IMG/VR virus record: IMGVR_UViG_3300035698_019702
Reading direction: 5' to 3' (one strand)
Length of the DNA stretch: 64,000 nt
Source of the DNA: an uncultured virus (IMG/VR IMGVR_UViG_3300035698_019702)
Taxonomy: Duplodnaviria > Heunggongvirae > Uroviricota > Caudoviricetes
Positions 42,206 through 51,843 of the stretch are shown in pieces. Below the pieces are notes generated by a model. That model worked only from the letters and a program-made list of their open reading frames with translations. It was not told the origin of the DNA and did not search any database. A program made the translations under genes and the position numbers. Position 1 is the first letter of the stretch. Each line of letters opens with the position of its first letter.

Positions 42206-42221
42206 GTATAATAGAGCTATG
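42206..42221 (+). promoter_or_regulatory. Putative -10 element (GTATAATAGAG) 6 nt before ATG 42219
   Basis: Identical 11-mer and near-identical spacing to the 29200 site. Confidence 0.45.
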
Positions 42222-43025
42222 AATGATACTGATCTGATACTTTCTGCTCTACAGATGGGTGCACCCCCGAAGCGTAAGCAAGGTCGGATGAAGCCGATTT
42301 TCGAGTCTGGGTTTACTGTAGGGCCTGACCCGATTTTCAGGGTTTCTCGGACGAAGTGCTCTACTCCTAAGAGGGGGAAGAGTATCGCCGCATGGGCGTC
42401 TGTCGATTTTGTGCGATATTTTCGGCAATGCTTGTCGCATTTTGGGATCGAGCCTGATCTGGTCGAAACCAGGGACTCGGACGGGGCTAAGAAGATCTAC
42501 GATATGTTTGTAGATGAGTTAGGCGGTAGCATGACTAACTATGTTTTGCGCGACTATATCGATTGGTGGGTAGGTATATATGCAATTGCCAGGGCTTCTC
42601 GACCAATCGGTGTCTTCAGCCTGATACGAGAAAAGGATATTCTTAGGTTTCTCAAACAGTATGATCGCAATCTTGCCACTACTCCACGGAGTTTAGATCA
42701 ACCGGTTCAGACGGCTGAGATAACCCCAGGAGAACTTTATAGCATGTCCGGCATTAGTCTGGTGGTAATGGGCTACGGAATCGTGGAGGCGTATAAAGTC
42801 CTTGTTGCTGGTGGGGAGAAGAACGTCTATGCTCAGTTATCAGATGTTTTGAAAGGTTATTCCAAGCAGGTCTTGACGAAAGTTATTGACATTACTGTTG
42901 CAAAACGGTATAATAAGAAGGATGTTGTGGACTTCATGTCGGTTGCTCGACCTGCATTGAAGTTCCACGGTGTAGAGAAGCAGTTTGACCATCTCGATTA
43001 TACCCGATATTTTATGGAGGGATAA
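42219..43025 (+). CDS. Hypothetical protein at the head of the replication cluster
   Basis: ORF open from 42171; ATG 42219 preferred. Confidence 0.65.
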   Translation: MNDTDLILSALQMGAPPKRKQGRMKPIFESGFTVGPDPIFRVSRTKCSTPKRGKSIAAWASVDFVRYFRQCLSHFGIEPDLVETRDSDGAKKIYDMFVDELGGSMTNYVLRDYIDWWVGIYAIARASRPIGVFSLIREKDILRFLKQYDRNLATTPRSLDQPVQTAEITPGELYSMSGISLVVMGYGIVEAYKVLVAGGEKNVYAQLSDVLKGYSKQVLTKVIDITVAKRYNKKDVVDFMSVARPALKFHGVEKQFDHLDYTRYFMEG

Positions 43026-43034
43026 CAAGTACGC

Positions 43035-43520
43035 ATGAGTGTAGGAACTACGTTCAGGAAAGATGTTTTTGTAGTAGATGAGGACGGGAATAACTTGGGC
43101 TCTATGCCCTTTCCTGATGCCAGGAGATTGGCATCAGAATCGAACCTTGACTTGGTCGAAGTCGGCAAGCAAGGTAAAGACCCAGTTTATCGGATTATGG
43201 ATGAGGGAAAGTGGAAGTATGAGCAGAAAAAGCGTGCTCACAAAAACAAGCAGCATTCGCTTCCTCTTAAAGAGATGCGATTTCGATTGGGAATCGATTC
43301 TCACGATCAGGCGACTAAATTAGGAAAAATCAGGAAGTTCCTAGACAAGGGGCACAGCGTTAAGTTGTTGGTCCAATTGCGAGGTAGAGAAAAAGCAACC
43401 CCTGACTTGGCAAATCAGAAGTTATCCTCTATAATAACTGAGATTGGAGATGTGAAACAAGACCAGGTGAAACGTTCACAGGGTCAGGTGCATGTTATTG
43501 TACATCCTAGTCGAAATTAA
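43035..43520 (+). CDS. infC: Translation initiation factor IF-3
   Basis: VFVVDEDGNNLG...ARRLA...LDLVEV...RIMDEGKWKYEQKK...KEMRFRLGIDSHD...KFLDKGHSVK...RGRE. Confidence 0.92.
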   Translation: MSVGTTFRKDVFVVDEDGNNLGSMPFPDARRLASESNLDLVEVGKQGKDPVYRIMDEGKWKYEQKKRAHKNKQHSLPLKEMRFRLGIDSHDQATKLGKIRKFLDKGHSVKLLVQLRGREKATPDLANQKLSSIITEIGDVKQDQVKRSQGQVHVIVHPSRN

Positions 43521-43541
43521 AAAACTTGAGAAGGGCTAAAG

Positions 43542-45707
43542 ATGAGTCAGGAAATAACCCTTACCACTAAGGCGAGGAAAGAGTATCGACAACAACTACT
43601 GGCTTTAGGTGATGGCCATATCGGTCGTGAACTCTTTTACCATATCAAAAGTAGATATCGTATACTGTATATCCGTAGTCCTGAAGAGCGAAGAGTCATC
43701 AGTGCCTTCAAGCTGGTTGCCTACTCTGAGGGTTCTAGTTTGTTTCATTGGGATTTCAGTAGAGGCATGTTGGATGCTTTTACGATGCAACAAACCTCAG
43801 CAGAAGATAGTGAGGTGCATAGCGATGCTGAAGCTGCCCTACATTATATCATAGATCAGGCTAAATCGGCTAATGAAAAGACTCCGGCAACCGGTGGTTC
43901 AATCTTTATGTTGCTGGACTTTCATCATTTTTTGGAAGGTGCACCAGTAATCGAGCGTCTTTTCAAAGAGTTTGCCAGTTTCACGTCAATATGTTATATT
44001 GTGATTGTTTCGCCAGTGTTTGTTTGCCCGGTAGCATTGGAGAAGGAATTCACTCTCATTGATTTTCCTCCACCATCTCGCGAAGAAGTCGAAGTTTCTT
44101 TCACGAAGATGTGCAAGCATATTCCTGCCCGTTTCCCAGATGCCTTGAAGTCTGCCAGGGATAATCGAGAAGAGATATTGCATTCCACGACCGGGTTGAC
44201 TATCACCGAGGCAGAGAACGCTTACGCCAAGTCGCTAGTCAAGACGAAAACATTTGATATTCCCACTATCCTTGACGAGAAGAAGCAGATTATCCGCAAG
44301 GGAGGTATCTTGGAATACAGGGATAGTAGGTTCTCGTTTGATCAAATAGGTGGGCTAGATCATCTGAAAGAATGGTTGGGTATGCGCCGATTGGCTTTCA
44401 AATCTGATGCTCGTGACTTTGGGTTGGACAGTCCCAAAGGGGTTCTCCTTGTGGGTATACCTGGTTGTGTTTTGGGTGATACAAAAATCAGAGTAAAAAA
44501 AATTTCTGATGAAGATAAGGAACAGGAAATTGCGATAGAAGAGTTTTTTACTTTATGCGAAGAAGGTGGCTTCTATCAAGTTGAGACACCTGATGGATGG
44601 CAAGATATTGGAAGTTTAGTACGGAAGCGGAATAAAGAGTGTTATAATTTGATTCTGGAAAATGGTCGAGAGCTGGGGTGTTCGTTTGATCACTATGTTT
44701 GGGTGACAGATGATGTTAGTGATCCGTTTTCCTATGTGTGGAAACGGGCCGAAGATATTGACATACGAACCGATCTAGTACTCGTGAGAGCTGGTGTTGA
44801 ATGTTATGACACGGGATGGGAAAGGGTTATAGCTAAGGAGTATGTTGGAGAAAAAGACACTTTTGACCTGGAAGTAAAAAATCTAAATCATAGGTACTAT
44901 ACGAACGGTATTCTATCTCACAACACAGGAAAATCTATGATCTCGGATGCGGTAGGAGTACAGTTTGGGATGCCGCTTCTGAGACTAGACATTGGAGCTT
45001 TGTTCTCTGCTCATATCGGAGAAAGTGAAGAGAATACCAGGCTTGCCATTCAGACAGCAGAAGCCATTGCTCCGTGTGTTCTTTGGATTGACGAAATTGA
45101 AAAAGGTATTGGTGGTGTCCAGAGTTCTAATGCTACCGATGGTGGTGTAACTAACAGAGTCTTTGGGACTTTGTTAACGTGGATGCAAGAAAAGGAAGCA
45201 CCAGTTTTTGTTATTGCTACGGCAAATAACCTTAACGGTATTCCACCTGAGTTCCAGAGGGCAGGCCGGTTTGATGAAATCTTTTTTCTTGACTTACCTG
45301 ATAAAGATCAGCGTATCGAGGTTACGGAAGTTCTGCTGAAGCGCAAAAGTCGAGACCCGGCCGATTTCGATTTGGAACAAATTGCTATTGCCGCAGAGAA
45401 TTATAGCCCCGCGGAAATTGAAAAAGGAATAAATAATGCGCTATTCCTCGCATTTCAAAGAGAGGGAGATCGCAAGGTGACCACTCAGGATATTGTTAGT
45501 GAGATAGGGAGATTCCAACCATTGTATAATACAAGGTATGAGGAAATTGCCGACATGCGTGAATGGGCTAAAGGCAAAGACGGCAAGGGTGGTCGCGCCC
45601 GCCTCGCCAATTCTTCTGGTTCAGGAAAATCATATGCTGTTGCAGCCCACGATCGTACCTTTGATTTGGCTGGTGATCTGGGAGATTTGACGGAAGAAGA
45701 CTTATGA
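43542..45707 (+). CDS. Ycf46-like AAA+ ATPase with intein
   Basis: EERRVI, LLDFHHFL, EKKQIIRKGGILEY, IGGLDHLKEWL, GIPG|TGKS, VLWIDEIEKG, LLTWMQEK, RAGRFDEIFFLDLP. Confidence 0.9.
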   Translation: MSQEITLTTKARKEYRQQLLALGDGHIGRELFYHIKSRYRILYIRSPEERRVISAFKLVAYSEGSSLFHWDFSRGMLDAFTMQQTSAEDSEVHSDAEAALHYIIDQAKSANEKTPATGGSIFMLLDFHHFLEGAPVIERLFKEFASFTSICYIVIVSPVFVCPVALEKEFTLIDFPPPSREEVEVSFTKMCKHIPARFPDALKSARDNREEILHSTTGLTITEAENAYAKSLVKTKTFDIPTILDEKKQIIRKGGILEYRDSRFSFDQIGGLDHLKEWLGMRRLAFKSDARDFGLDSPKGVLLVGIPGCVLGDTKIRVKKISDEDKEQEIAIEEFFTLCEEGGFYQVETPDGWQDIGSLVRKRNKECYNLILENGRELGCSFDHYVWVTDDVSDPFSYVWKRAEDIDIRTDLVLVRAGVECYDTGWERVIAKEYVGEKDTFDLEVKNLNHRYYTNGILSHNTGKSMISDAVGVQFGMPLLRLDIGALFSAHIGESEENTRLAIQTAEAIAPCVLWIDEIEKGIGGVQSSNATDGGVTNRVFGTLLTWMQEKEAPVFVIATANNLNGIPPEFQRAGRFDEIFFLDLPDKDQRIEVTEVLLKRKSRDPADFDLEQIAIAAENYSPAEIEKGINNALFLAFQREGDRKVTTQDIVSEIGRFQPLYNTRYEEIADMREWAKGKDGKGGRARLANSSGSGKSYAVAAHDRTFDLAGDLGDLTEEDL
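44466..44924 (+). mobile_element. Mini-intein (153 aa) in Walker A
   Basis: GIPG|CVLGDTKI...CSFDH...TFDLEV...YYTNGILSHN|TGKS. Confidence 0.93.
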
Positions 45708-45708
45708 T

Positions 45709-46575
45709 ATGCCACAACCTTTAATATCTTACTCAGAATATAAGGAACATTACGCATCAAAATGCCCTCGTTGTAAGGGGGTGAAGCGTGTGCTTAGGGA
45801 TCATGTCTGGACAGCTTGTGGATGCCAACATTTAGCTGCGGTGAAGTGGCGTTTTGAGCAGATCAAGCTGAAACCATCAGAACTTAAGTATTACAACTGG
45901 AGCGACTTTAATGGCTCTTTGCGGACTCGTTATCCAAACGGCAGAACCGAGGTAATCGGCTGCATTGAAGGAATGAACGAGAATACTGCTGCTACGGTCG
46001 CAATTCGCGCTCGGTCGCAGGCAATGCGATGGTGTTTTGATACTGATGATATCAACTTAGTATCAACTCGTGAAAAACGACAGAAGCACTCGTTGATTCA
46101 TACAAAGTCAGTATATGGGGGGAACGTTGTTATTGCGGGTGGTCATCGAAGTGGTAAGTCATTGCTTGCTGCGTTGCTTTTGAAAGAAGTTGTCCGAGCC
46201 TCGATAGACAGTGGTAAAGACTATACGTTTGGATGGGTTGAAGGTTCTGTTCTAGTGGATGCTGCATATGGATTTGGTAAATATGTTGATTTTGAGCAAC
46301 TGGGTGAGTGGGCTGATCTTCACTTTCTTGTTATAGATAATTTTAACGTATCTAATACCAAAGTATCTGATCTAGATAAGTTGTTCTATGATCGTAGTTA
46401 TAACCGTCGCCCTACTATTGTTACATGTAGTACAGAGTTTCTCTTCGGTTGTCAAGGCAAACCAATGCGAGGTGTGACCTCTGGTCGTGTTAAGCAGATG
46501 CTTGGTGAGGGAGCTTTGCAGTTTATGCTCGATCCATCCAACGTAGAAATCAAACTATGTATGGAAGGGTTATAA
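45709..46575 (+). CDS. DnaC/IstB-like ATPase (putative helicase loader)
   Basis: N-terminal CPRCKG...CGC, IAGGHRSGKSLLA, FLVIDNF, RRPTIVT. Directly upstream of DnaB. Confidence 0.7.
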   Translation: MPQPLISYSEYKEHYASKCPRCKGVKRVLRDHVWTACGCQHLAAVKWRFEQIKLKPSELKYYNWSDFNGSLRTRYPNGRTEVIGCIEGMNENTAATVAIRARSQAMRWCFDTDDINLVSTREKRQKHSLIHTKSVYGGNVVIAGGHRSGKSLLAALLLKEVVRASIDSGKDYTFGWVEGSVLVDAAYGFGKYVDFEQLGEWADLHFLVIDNFNVSNTKVSDLDKLFYDRSYNRRPTIVTCSTEFLFGCQGKPMRGVTSGRVKQMLGEGALQFMLDPSNVEIKLCMEGL

Positions 46576-48068
46576 TGGACAATATTCAACCTATTGAATA
46601 TCATCTTGAAGTAGAGCGTAAGATAATTCATCTGATGCTCAATCACCTACACGTTATCGAAGAGATGTTGGAGGGAGGTTTTTCTCCCGATTTTTTTGAG
46701 GGAACGCATCGTCCGATTGTAGATGCTGCTATCGGAGAATTTGCTGATAGTGGGCATAAGCGTCTTTTAACACGGGAGGGGTATAAACACTACCTCGGCA
46801 GTAAAGGGATACAGCAAGGTAATGTATACATTGCAGTTCAACTCCATGATAAATGTTTTGTGGGGACTGATGCTGACGTGGATGATCTTGGTTCTCTCAA
46901 GAAGCAGCTGATTGAGTCATATGTGGCGCGAAAAAGCCAAAGGTATCTAGCTAACTTTGCTGACACTTGTAAAAAGAAGGGGTATCTTGAAGCTGCCCAA
47001 GAACTGAGCCATAGTCTACATAACGCCATCAGTGTGACAGAAACTCGCAGAGCATTCTATGGTTCTGGTGAGGAACTAAAAAGCGACTATATGAAAGAGT
47101 TGGAGTTGTTGCGGAAAGAGGACTTGAGAATTAGATGTGGTATAGAGGCGATTGATACCCCAATAACGTATGGATTCAAACCTCAGCATTTAACCCTGTT
47201 TGTAGCAGATACGGGTGGGCATAAAACGAACATGATGCTGAATGTTGGATTAAATATTGCTGATAGTGGTCATGGTGTTTTATTCATACCGCTGGAGATG
47301 AGTAGGTTCGATCTAATGAACCGTGTTGTTTCTAACCGGACAGGGATTCCACTTGAAGGTTTAACTAGCCCTAAAGAGAAGTTGAGTGACAAAGATATTG
47401 AGAAGATTGCTAACGATGAGTTATGGACTAAGTCTTGTCGGTACTTTCACATCCTTGACGCTGATGAGCGCACATCCGTTATTACCTTGAAACATGAGAT
47501 TGAGAGTAAAGCAGCTCAGTTCAAGCCTAAAGTGGTCATCATTGACTATGTTGATACTTTGGAGGTGGATTCTCACAATAAGTATGGACAGAGACATATT
47601 GAGATAGGTGCTATACTTAAAGATTTGCGGTCCCTAGGCAAGCGTCATGGCTTTCATATTATCTCGGCAGCCCAAATGAACAGATCTGCTATTCGTGCTT
47701 GGAAGGATGGCAAAAACGATGCTATAGATTCAACTTCCATTCATGGTTCTCATCAGTATTCAGCGGACAGTGACACGATCTTTGCACTCTTGCCCCACAA
47801 AGATGAAAACGACAAGATCAAGATTCACGTCATCAAAGCTCGTCACGGTCCTTCAGGCCAGACATATGAGGTTCGCATTGATCCTGCTTGTTGTTTGATA
47901 ACAAACGTTAGCGAGATAGAGCATATGGCAATGGCAACTGAGTTTGATACAGATGCCATCTTAGATACACCCGAGGATGAAATTAAACAAGAAATATCGT
48001 CTGGATTGAATTTTGCTGGTGCTCCTGACTTGAATTTACCTGATGATGAGGTGGCTCAATGGGGTTAA
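46575..48068 (+). CDS. dnaB: Replicative DNA helicase, DnaB family
   Basis: VADTGGHKT, FIPLEMS, VIIDYV, SAAQMNR, SADSD, IKARHGP. TAATG overlap supports start 46575. Confidence 0.85.
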   Translation: MDNIQPIEYHLEVERKIIHLMLNHLHVIEEMLEGGFSPDFFEGTHRPIVDAAIGEFADSGHKRLLTREGYKHYLGSKGIQQGNVYIAVQLHDKCFVGTDADVDDLGSLKKQLIESYVARKSQRYLANFADTCKKKGYLEAAQELSHSLHNAISVTETRRAFYGSGEELKSDYMKELELLRKEDLRIRCGIEAIDTPITYGFKPQHLTLFVADTGGHKTNMMLNVGLNIADSGHGVLFIPLEMSRFDLMNRVVSNRTGIPLEGLTSPKEKLSDKDIEKIANDELWTKSCRYFHILDADERTSVITLKHEIESKAAQFKPKVVIIDYVDTLEVDSHNKYGQRHIEIGAILKDLRSLGKRHGFHIISAAQMNRSAIRAWKDGKNDAIDSTSIHGSHQYSADSDTIFALLPHKDENDKIKIHVIKARHGPSGQTYEVRIDPACCLITNVSEIEHMAMATEFDTDAILDTPEDEIKQEISSGLNFAGAPDLNLPDDEVAQWG

Positions 48069-48751
48069 ATTATTTAGTCATTATGAACGATGTGGAGACT
48101 GAACTAGACAAGGGTGGGCTGTTGATTGGGGCTAGAGAAGTACCCGTGACTCAGCAGGGAATGCGTGATTCAGTTAAGTTTGCTAGGCATGTGCTCGCAA
48201 ATGTGGAGAATGTTGGGCAGGTATTGTCAAGTGATTCTGCTAGAGTATCACGTATCCTCCATTATCTACGACTTGAATTTAAACACCCGCTGCGAGTTCG
48301 AGAAACTGATGTCTTACGTGAGCGAGATTTTGGAGTGCTGAATGGTACTAGTATTAAGTTGCTACGAGGTTTTCAGTCTGATTTATTTCAGCATACTCGT
48401 ATTTGTGCTGAAAATGGTGAGTCAGTGTCACAGTGTGCTGCTAGAGTTGTCCCATTTATAAAAGAGGCGGTGAGTAGTAGAGATGACAATATAGTGATGT
48501 TATCGCATCCAATGGCGTGCAACATAACATTCAATTCGTTGTTAGGTCGAAAGCTGACTGATATATATCCATTCTGGTTGAAGAAGGGGTCATATGTAGT
48601 ATTAAGCAGAGGTGATGATCTGTCCCCTTGGTTCGGTTTTGAGACAGCATTTAATGTGATTGAAGATAAAGAATATTCTGTGGATGAGATTCAGGATGAG
48701 TTCGATACAATCAATAATCTATCAAGTCCTTCGCAAGAAACCAATTCTTGA
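48059..48751 (+). CDS. Histidine phosphatase (PGAM)-fold protein lacking the RHG motif
   Basis: SSDSARV, LRERDFGVLNG, GESVSQCAARV, VMLSH. N-terminal YLVIMND sits where LxRHG is expected. Confidence 0.65.
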   Translation: MGLNYLVIMNDVETELDKGGLLIGAREVPVTQQGMRDSVKFARHVLANVENVGQVLSSDSARVSRILHYLRLEFKHPLRVRETDVLRERDFGVLNGTSIKLLRGFQSDLFQHTRICAENGESVSQCAARVVPFIKEAVSSRDDNIVMLSHPMACNITFNSLLGRKLTDIYPFWLKKGSYVVLSRGDDLSPWFGFETAFNVIEDKEYSVDEIQDEFDTINNLSSPSQETNS

Positions 48752-49343
48752 TTATCTTGAGAAAAGAGGACATCAACCGGTTAAATCCTTACCGGGCGGT
48801 AAGTATCAGTTCGTGTGTCCTTTCCCAGATCATAATGAAACAAGACCTAGTTTCATAGTATACACTCAGTCTGGGGATTTCGAGAATTTCCATTGTTATG
48901 GGTGCCAACGATCTTACAATATCATTCACCTAGTTGCTGGATTGGAAGGACTGTCCTTTAAAGAGGCACTTGCTCGGCTTAGCGAAGGCATGGAGATCAG
49001 CCTCTCGGATGGTGTGGATATTGAGTTAGAGAGGATAGCAAAAGATTTTGAGCGTCCTCGTGAGGTAGTACAATTACAAGACGTGCTGATGGCGATAAGT
49101 TCAATGGCACGTAGTTATCTGGAGAGCGTTAATAATGATCCGGCAGAATGCTGTATAATAGATAGTCTGTATGCATCGGTTGATAATGATATCGCAAGCT
49201 GTTGCTTTGAGAATATATATGAAACCTTCTCATTTCTGAGTGCCACACTAATGAAGCGACGGCGACTTCTTAAGAAGACTCAATTGGAAAGAGTACGAGA
49301 AGAATGCAAGTCACAAATAAAGGGAAGTAATGAGACTAAATAA
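48696..49343 (+). CDS. CHC2 (primase-type) zinc-finger protein without TOPRIM domain
   Basis: CPFPDHNETRPSF...FHCYGC...EGLSFKEALARL. Confidence 0.8.
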   Translation: MSSIQSIIYQVLRKKPILDYLEKRGHQPVKSLPGGKYQFVCPFPDHNETRPSFIVYTQSGDFENFHCYGCQRSYNIIHLVAGLEGLSFKEALARLSEGMEISLSDGVDIELERIAKDFERPREVVQLQDVLMAISSMARSYLESVNNDPAECCIIDSLYASVDNDIASCCFENIYETFSFLSATLMKRRRLLKKTQLERVREECKSQIKGSNETK

Positions 49344-50340
49344 TCCTATAAAAGCGAAAATGAATTCAGCCATAGGTTGGCTTGGTGGCAAAACTCGTTT
49401 GCGTCCGACAATTATCAATTGCATGCCGAAGCATGATTGCTATGTAGAAATATTTTGTGGTTCAGCTACAGTATTTTTCGGTAAGCCTCCGGTTAAGATT
49501 GAAATTATTAACGATATTAATCATGAGCTGATCAACCTGTTTAAGGTAATCTCGGGGACATACTTCGATGAAGCGGTACGCCAAGAGTTTGTAGAGTATG
49601 TTAAATGGATGCCTGCTGCCCGTGAATCGTTCGTAGAATGGCAGAAGTGGCCAGCGAAGAAATTAGATGAATTGAATCCTGCACAGCGAGCGTTTGTTTA
49701 TTACTATTGTATCAAAAAAGGTTTCTCGTCGATTAAGCAGGGAGGATATGAGGCTTCTCCATTGTCTAAAAGCCGATACAATATGAACACGGATTTTGAG
49801 AAGTTTAGAAGACGATTTAGTACTACCAACGCTCAGATTGAACAGATGGATTTTAGAAATCTCATTGAGAAGTATTCTGATCCACGAGCACGAGTTTTTT
49901 TCTTTGGTGACCCACCTTACTTTGTTGCAGATGGAACCAACTACTATGAGTTTGTTTTTGGCACTCAAGATCATCAGGAATTCAAGGAGTGCTGCGACAA
50001 AATTCATGCCAACGGAAATCAATTTCTAATAACGTATGATGACGTACAAGGTGTGATAGACTTGTATGCTGACTACTATATTTATCGCACTGATCCAATA
50101 ATCTATAGTGCATCCGAAGAATCGGTTGAGAGAACAAATGAGAAAACCGAGTTGTTTATTACTAACTATGACTTACATGCAATGCTTAGGGATAAAGAAG
50201 TCGAGAAATCTAAAGGTGGTCCAGGTAGAGGTGATATGTTTGTAAAAGATAGAACAGATGCGTATGCGGGAGATAATATTCGACTAACTGATAAGGAGAT
50301 CGTTGTTGAGGGTTGCATAGGTTTGCAGAGGATTAACTAG
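49330..50340 (+). CDS. Dam-like (D12) DNA adenine methyltransferase
   Basis: GWLGGKTRL, YVEIFCGSATVF, IINDIN, DPPY, ELFITNY. Confidence 0.92.
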   Translation: MRLNNPIKAKMNSAIGWLGGKTRLRPTIINCMPKHDCYVEIFCGSATVFFGKPPVKIEIINDINHELINLFKVISGTYFDEAVRQEFVEYVKWMPAARESFVEWQKWPAKKLDELNPAQRAFVYYYCIKKGFSSIKQGGYEASPLSKSRYNMNTDFEKFRRRFSTTNAQIEQMDFRNLIEKYSDPRARVFFFGDPPYFVADGTNYYEFVFGTQDHQEFKECCDKIHANGNQFLITYDDVQGVIDLYADYYIYRTDPIIYSASEESVERTNEKTELFITNYDLHAMLRDKEVEKSKGGPGRGDMFVKDRTDAYAGDNIRLTDKEIVVEGCIGLQRIN

Positions 50341-50970
50341 ATGTCTACGTATGTTGATAAAGAAGGGAATACAGTTGCCCATTTCGATAGGGAGTATTGG
50401 GCAAAATATGATGATTTTGGCAAAAGGCAGGCGGCAATGTACTTTGCTTGTAAAGGTGGTGAAGTTAAACCTTTCGATGCTATACCTAGCAAGGATTGCC
50501 AAGAGCCTGATCTAGAAGTTCATATGGTTGGCAAAAACACACTCTTGGTTGATGCGGAAGTCAAGGAAGATTACGATTGGCAGTTTATACACTTAGGTGC
50601 TCATATACCTGCGCGAAAAATCAAGATGATATATAAGTATCCGAATCATCTATTTATGGTTTGTCTAGTCAAGGGGGATGGCAAGCAGTTATTACTTGTG
50701 CCAAGGCGGGCTCTGTTGGAATCTCATAATGTAGTCGGTCACCGTGGTTCATCTTTTGGGGGGCACTCCACTACTAATAGTGATAATTACAGTGGCCCAG
50801 GACCAAATGGAGCAGATAAAGTATACAAGTGGACTAATCGGGGAGACTACGAACATTTCCTAGAAGTTCCTGAAAGGTGGACCAGCCTTATTGAAGTGAA
50901 AGAGACTGGAGTAGACTACGTATCACGACGGAATGCCGACATGAGAGAATGGGTCACTGATGGTAATTAA
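50341..50970 (+). CDS. Putative PD-(D/E)xK nuclease
   Basis: EPDLEV...LVDAEVK followed by HIPARK. Confidence 0.55.
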   Translation: MSTYVDKEGNTVAHFDREYWAKYDDFGKRQAAMYFACKGGEVKPFDAIPSKDCQEPDLEVHMVGKNTLLVDAEVKEDYDWQFIHLGAHIPARKIKMIYKYPNHLFMVCLVKGDGKQLLLVPRRALLESHNVVGHRGSSFGGHSTTNSDNYSGPGPNGADKVYKWTNRGDYEHFLEVPERWTSLIEVKETGVDYVSRRNADMREWVTDGN

Positions 50971-51820
50971 GAGAGTTGGTGGTAAATCAAAACTTGCTAA
51001 CTGGATCAAGTTTCATACTCCACCACACAAGATATTCGTCGATGTCTTTGGTGGTTCAGGCGCAGTGCTTGACGCTGTTTTGCGTCCAGGCAAGGATGCC
51101 CGTTATGTCTACAATGATCTTGACAACAAGTTGTACTCGTTCTTCAAAGTGCTCCAGGGGAGAGCACTAGAGTTTGCGGAGCTTGTGAAACTCACTCCGT
51201 ACAGCCGTAGATTCTTCGACGAAGCTCTTGAGATCATCCAAGACAAGGATAAATTAGAGTCGCTCGACATGCTGGATCAAGCTCTTGCTTTTCTGATTGT
51301 GAATCGTCAGAGCTTTGGTGCTAAGATGATGCCACCGTGGAGTATTACACGAGATGGTGAAATTAATTATGATACTTGGAGCAAATTGTCGAATTTGATC
51401 CTACGAGTACATGAACGGTGGCGCTCAGTATTCCTTGAGAATCTAGACTACCGCAAAATTCTACAAAAGTGGGATGATGAATCAACAGTATTTTACCTTG
51501 ATGCTCCCTATGAGGGTGTTGAATCTGACTATTATGATGTCAACAAAGAGGATGGGTTTGATCACAACGAGATGTGTGGTCGTCTTAAGTGTATCAAAGG
51601 CTCTTACGTTGTGAGCTACTATGAAGATAGTGAAGTAGTAGATTTGTATAAGCAGGCTGGATGTGAAGTAGTGACACAAAATGTTAAGATGCATCTTGCT
51701 GGCTCTGAGACAAAGTCATCCAAGACAGAAATCTTGCTCGTGTCTGCCAACGAATGGGCCAAAAAGCAACAAGGACAGAAAGCAATCAAAGGGCGACAAA
51801 CAGGTGATATCTTCCAATAA
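50960..51820 (+). CDS. Dam-like (D12) DNA adenine methyltransferase
   Basis: RVGGKSKL, FVDVFGGSGAV, VYNDLD, FYLDAPY. Confidence 0.9.
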   Translation: MVIKRVGGKSKLANWIKFHTPPHKIFVDVFGGSGAVLDAVLRPGKDARYVYNDLDNKLYSFFKVLQGRALEFAELVKLTPYSRRFFDEALEIIQDKDKLESLDMLDQALAFLIVNRQSFGAKMMPPWSITRDGEINYDTWSKLSNLILRVHERWRSVFLENLDYRKILQKWDDESTVFYLDAPYEGVESDYYDVNKEDGFDHNEMCGRLKCIKGSYVVSYYEDSEVVDLYKQAGCEVVTQNVKMHLAGSETKSSKTEILLVSANEWAKKQQGQKAIKGRQTGDIFQ

Positions 51821-51843
51821 ACAGGAGCAGAACTAGGGTTGTA

